From Dicyema japonicum (Eukaryota > Animalia > Dicyemida): a stretch of 37,674 nucleotides of DNA. The notes beneath the pieces are model-generated. The model saw only the letters and a list, made by a program, of their open reading frames with translations, had not been told where the DNA came from and ran no database searches. The DNA lies in assembly GCA_011109175.1 (NCBI GenBank), contig RDEW01000144.1, positions 1 to 37,674 on the forward strand. Reading direction: 5' to 3'. How positions within the stretch are numbered: position 1 is the stretch's first letter; every line of letters begins with the position of its first letter. The translations under genes and the position numbers were made by a program. Shown here piece after piece: positions 34,041 to 37,674 of this stretch.

Positions 34041-35719
34041 ATTAAAAACTTTCACAAAAAAACAAACGCAGTTTATATCTCCAATTGCCGAAGATATCGA
34101 CGATAGACAATTACGCTGGCTGGTGTGGAATCTGTGGACTTGTGAGATCACTGATAAGAGCATTGTAAAGTTCAAAAGAAATCCTCTATCTCCAATTCGC
34201 AAGCTCGACTAAGAGAGAAATGGCGAATGGGACCTTTGTAAAGAGCCCAGCCTTAATGAGCAGCTAATCAATTACAATAAAACTTTCTTACTCTCATATT
34301 TCCTGTGTTAATAATGAAGTCGCAGTGGTCATAGCAAACTAAGATAACGCAAAATGCAGAAAAATGAAAAAGTTAACCAAAGTAAAAAAGTTAACCACAC
34401 GGAATAGTAAAGTTAATAAAACATTATCTTAGCAAACCAAAAGTTGGCATTTTTTTATCTCGTCCTTTTATGTATCCTAAATAATCATAAACATTACCCA
34501 TCTGTGTATGAATGGAATAAATTCCCATTAGAAAAACCTTTTTTGCAAGGAAACCAGTGAATCGACTCTTAATTTACAATTTCCATTAGGATTGAAATAT
34601 ATATTAAAAAAAACAAGAAAAGTTTTTTAGATAAGAGGCCAGAATTGCAAAGGCGCTCACATAATTACTGTAATTCGAGTCTCTTTAGCCAAAGTCCTTC
34701 TTAGGGATTGAATCTCAGCGAAGCAAGCCTTCGTCCAAAATTGGAGAGAAATGTGTCCATCTACTCTNAAAACAAGAAAAGTTTTTTAGATAAGAGGCCA
34801 GGATTGCAAAGGCGCTCACATAATTACTGTAATTCGAGTCTCTTTAACCAAAGTCCTTCTTAGGGATTGATTCTCAGCGAAGCAAACCTTCGTCCAAAAT
34901 TGGAGAGAAATGTGTCCATTTACTACTCTCCCAAGATTTCGGAATCGAAATAAGAGTAAAATCGTAGTTATCGCTAGTTATCCGAAGTTTTATTTTTTTG
35001 CGATTCACTGACTTTCTCCAAAGAGCTATGAGACCCATTACTCATGCAAATGAAAGCCGATCGGTCCTAAAGAAAAACAAACCGATAGAGTTCAGTTGAA
35101 GCATTCTCTGAATCTATACCGTTTTAAAGTTTGGACACTGGAAGACCATGTAAGAAAAGTCTGAAGATTATTCACTTAATTAGTTGTTTTTAACATCTTT
35201 CTTGATAGAAGAGTAATGATTACTCCTTATTTGTAAAGAAAATATAAGGATATGTTTACAGTTAACTCCTTCATTAAGCCAAAAAACCTTTCATCAAACA
35301 TACAATCACAAACGAAGTAACACGAAACAATGACCGAGAACGAGACATTCTTTTTGGCAGATATTGTCTACAATAAAAAGTAGATCTTAATGAAAGAAAG
35401 TCTATCAACTTTCTCTACTAAAAACTGAAACATTTTCAACGAACGGTCTCCCAAGAGAGTAATCTAAAGGTTGAGTTCGATTTCAGAACTCATCGCCAGG
35501 GAACGTAATTGTCTCCCAGAGAAATGAATAGATAGATCTTTTTGAATGTCGATTTCTCTTGAATAATGTGGAGTCAATGACGCNAGTAACACGAAACAAT
35601 GACCGAGAACGAGACATTCTTTTTGGCAGATATTGTCTACAATAAAAAGAAGATCTTAATGAAAGAAAGTCTATCAACTTTCTCTACTAAAAACTGAAAC
35701 ATTTTCAACGAACGGTCTC

Positions 35720-35856
35720 CCAAGAGAGTAATCTAAAGGATGAGTTCGATTTCAGAACTCGTCGCCAGGGAACGTAATTGTCTCCCAGAGAAATGAATAG
35801 ATAGATCTTTTTGAATGCCGATTTCTCTTGAATAATGTGGAGTCAATGACGCCATC
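35720..35856 (-). mobile_element. SINE-like family copy (duplicated at about 35450-35583 by a probable assembly artefact)
   Basis: GATGGCGTCATTGACTCCACATTATTCAAGAGA...CAATTACGTTCCCTGGCGACGAGTTCTGAAAT aligns with GATAGCGTCATTGGATCCACCTTAATGAAGAGA...CAATGTCGTTACCTGGAGACAAGTTCTGGAAT of the 11141-11371 copy. Confidence 0.65.
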
Positions 35857-37399
35857 AGAGGGAAGGATGAAATTCATTAATCTTATTGTCGGCGTGTTTA
35901 ATAACCCACCAATGTCCAGTCTTTGATGATACAAAAATATTCACAAATCGATGGAAAAAAGAATGGAGGCATAGTATATTAAGCGCAACTGATGAAAATC
36001 AAGTATTGAATTGGTTCTTGGCTACGTTGCTATCCTGAATGCATACTAAATCAAGTATAGTTAAATTTATTAATTCTCGATAAATTTTGAATTATCTAAA
36101 TTAATTTAATATTTATTTTTTAAAATTTTTTTATTAGATGGCGAACCCTCTAATACATTATTATACTATTTGACGCATGTTTGCCAATTCGTTGTGGTTG
36201 GTTCTTTTGTTCTAAATTTTATCTGCTTTTTCTCGTGTATTGTCATATTTTTTCTTCAATGTTATATATATTATTCGATTTATCAAATAGTGTCGAAAGT
36301 CGTCATCAAAATGTAAAATATATATTTTGATTACCTACAAATATGGATTATTCTCCACTATTCGATCTATCGGTTCTGAATTTAATTTATTTCTTCATTC
36401 TACTTGTTTTATTTTTTATTTAAAAATTTATTTTAATTTATTTTTTATCACTATTTTTGATATTTTTTGAAGAAAATTTTGTAATAATTCTTTATTGGGC
36501 GCTAAAATTCCGTATTTCCGGCAATATTCTGAAGAATTCGAATTTTTGTTCAACGAGTCCACTCATCAAAATAAGCGAGAAAATTTAGTCATCCAATCGT
36601 GTGTGACATCAGCTATCAAAATATTAATATTTGGGTAACCACAAATAAGCTTATTTCCGCAGTATATTTATTATTTTTCAGTAGTGATACAGAAAATATA
36701 TTGAATATTGTTGAAACACACAATATATTAAATATTTTATTGTTTTTCGCTATTGAAATATAAATATCTATTGTTATTATAACAAGTGTGTCCACTCATG
36801 TGAGCTATTGAAAAATTCCTATTTCATCACAATTTAAATAAGCTAAGGTGAGCATGCCATAGACATTCCTCCAAATTCTGTTATAAATTCATTAAATCAT
36901 GTTTTTCAGTACAAATATTTTAACAGAGAACACGTCGAAACAAAGTCAGGAAATGTTTTTTGCGACAGTTCCTTTTCTTTCTTTAATATTTTTGATTTGT
37001 CAATGAACATTTTCTACAATTTTATAGCTTCCATATACTCCCCCATTTGCCTAAATGAATCCCCTATCTCACGATAAACCTTCCCCAATATGTGGGGATT
37101 CTCGTTGGTATGTACAATGATTCATTTCACAGACTAAATGGCCCTACTGGACATCCTCAAATTTGGATACAAATGGCTATATCAATCATAGCATTTGCCA
37201 TCTCCACCTTATCTCCCTAAAATTGAGTCTCTTTAAGAATCAAATAGACTAACCAGTGTTTGGTAGTGGTATTCCTTGCCGTAATCCCCTCTGACATAGT
37301 AGCATATCTCAATCAAATTAAAGTCCCTTCCTTTCTCAAGGACACTGCAAGGGCTGCTGTAGTACTTACTAAGACTCAGATATAGCTATACGAGAAATA

Positions 37400-37670
37400 G
37401 GCAATGAGAACGTGTTTAATAAACTTTATTCTGCTGATATATTTTTACATGTCTTCTAATTTGGATTGTCCTTCAGTGGGGTTAATATTATTGTCCACTA
37501 ATTAATTCATTTGTATTTTTGATACAAATCTGTTTTACACATTTCCTGGGTATCGTTTCACATGATTATGTTTTTAGGGATGAATATTCGACAAATTGTT
37601 TTTATTTTTGGTATCGATAACACCGAACTTACGATTTTCTGACTCTACGGATTTTGACCGTTTTATATTT
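37400..37670. repeat. Repeat B (37400-37439, direct) abutting repeat A (37442-37670, inverted)
   Basis: Matches 28191-28230 and the reverse complement of 27425-27652. Confidence 0.9.
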
Positions 37671-37674
37671 CGTT

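Noticed and set aside
34610-34930. Tandem duplication of about 158 bp either side of a single N at 34768
   Set aside because: The second copy starts exactly at the N and differs by about four substitutions and a small indel. This is typical of overlapping or allelic contig ends joined by a scaffolder.
35316-35852. Tandem duplication of 268 bp either side of a single N at 35584 (source of twin ORFs 35483..35677 and 35752..35934)
   Set aside because: Same artefact signature, with four substitutions. It is probably two haplotypes or overlapping contigs.
35900-36060. Faint pogo/Tc1-like peptide on the minus strand (IQDS...LNILCL), and FLFIDET at about 16917-16940 on the plus strand
   Set aside because: Single short motifs without TIRs or the remaining catalytic residues.
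1-37674. CRISPR array, rRNA, snRNA or spliced-leader genes
   Set aside because: No regularly spaced repeat-spacer array and no conserved rRNA or snRNA signature seen. Repeats here are dispersed or two-copy and are explained by TEs or assembly.

Overview
AT-rich eukaryotic DNA from a draft short-read assembly (one 71-N gap and three single-N joins). It is almost entirely a nested graveyard of transposable elements. I found no intact host gene, rRNA, complete tRNA or CRISPR array. Recognisable elements: an internally deleted Merlin (IS1595/ISXO2-like) transposon with an 8-bp TSD, a Tc1-like DD34E element with a TA TSD, a MITE, many Jockey/I-group LINE pieces, two RTE-like LINE pieces, six CRE-like RLE-endonuclease fragments, an R4/Dong-like RT fragment, weaker MULE- and Penelope-like traces, and a dispersed SINE-like family. 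The best observation is that the Merlin transposase remnant carries two 30-31 nt GT-AG insertions whose removal restores the conserved C-terminal motifs, so it looks like a spliced transposase with miniature introns. Host-gene remnants (LRR-like, RING-like, a possible spliced gene) are low confidence. All family calls come from motif recognition by eye; no searches were run, and fragment boundaries are approximate unless a TSD or TIR is quoted.
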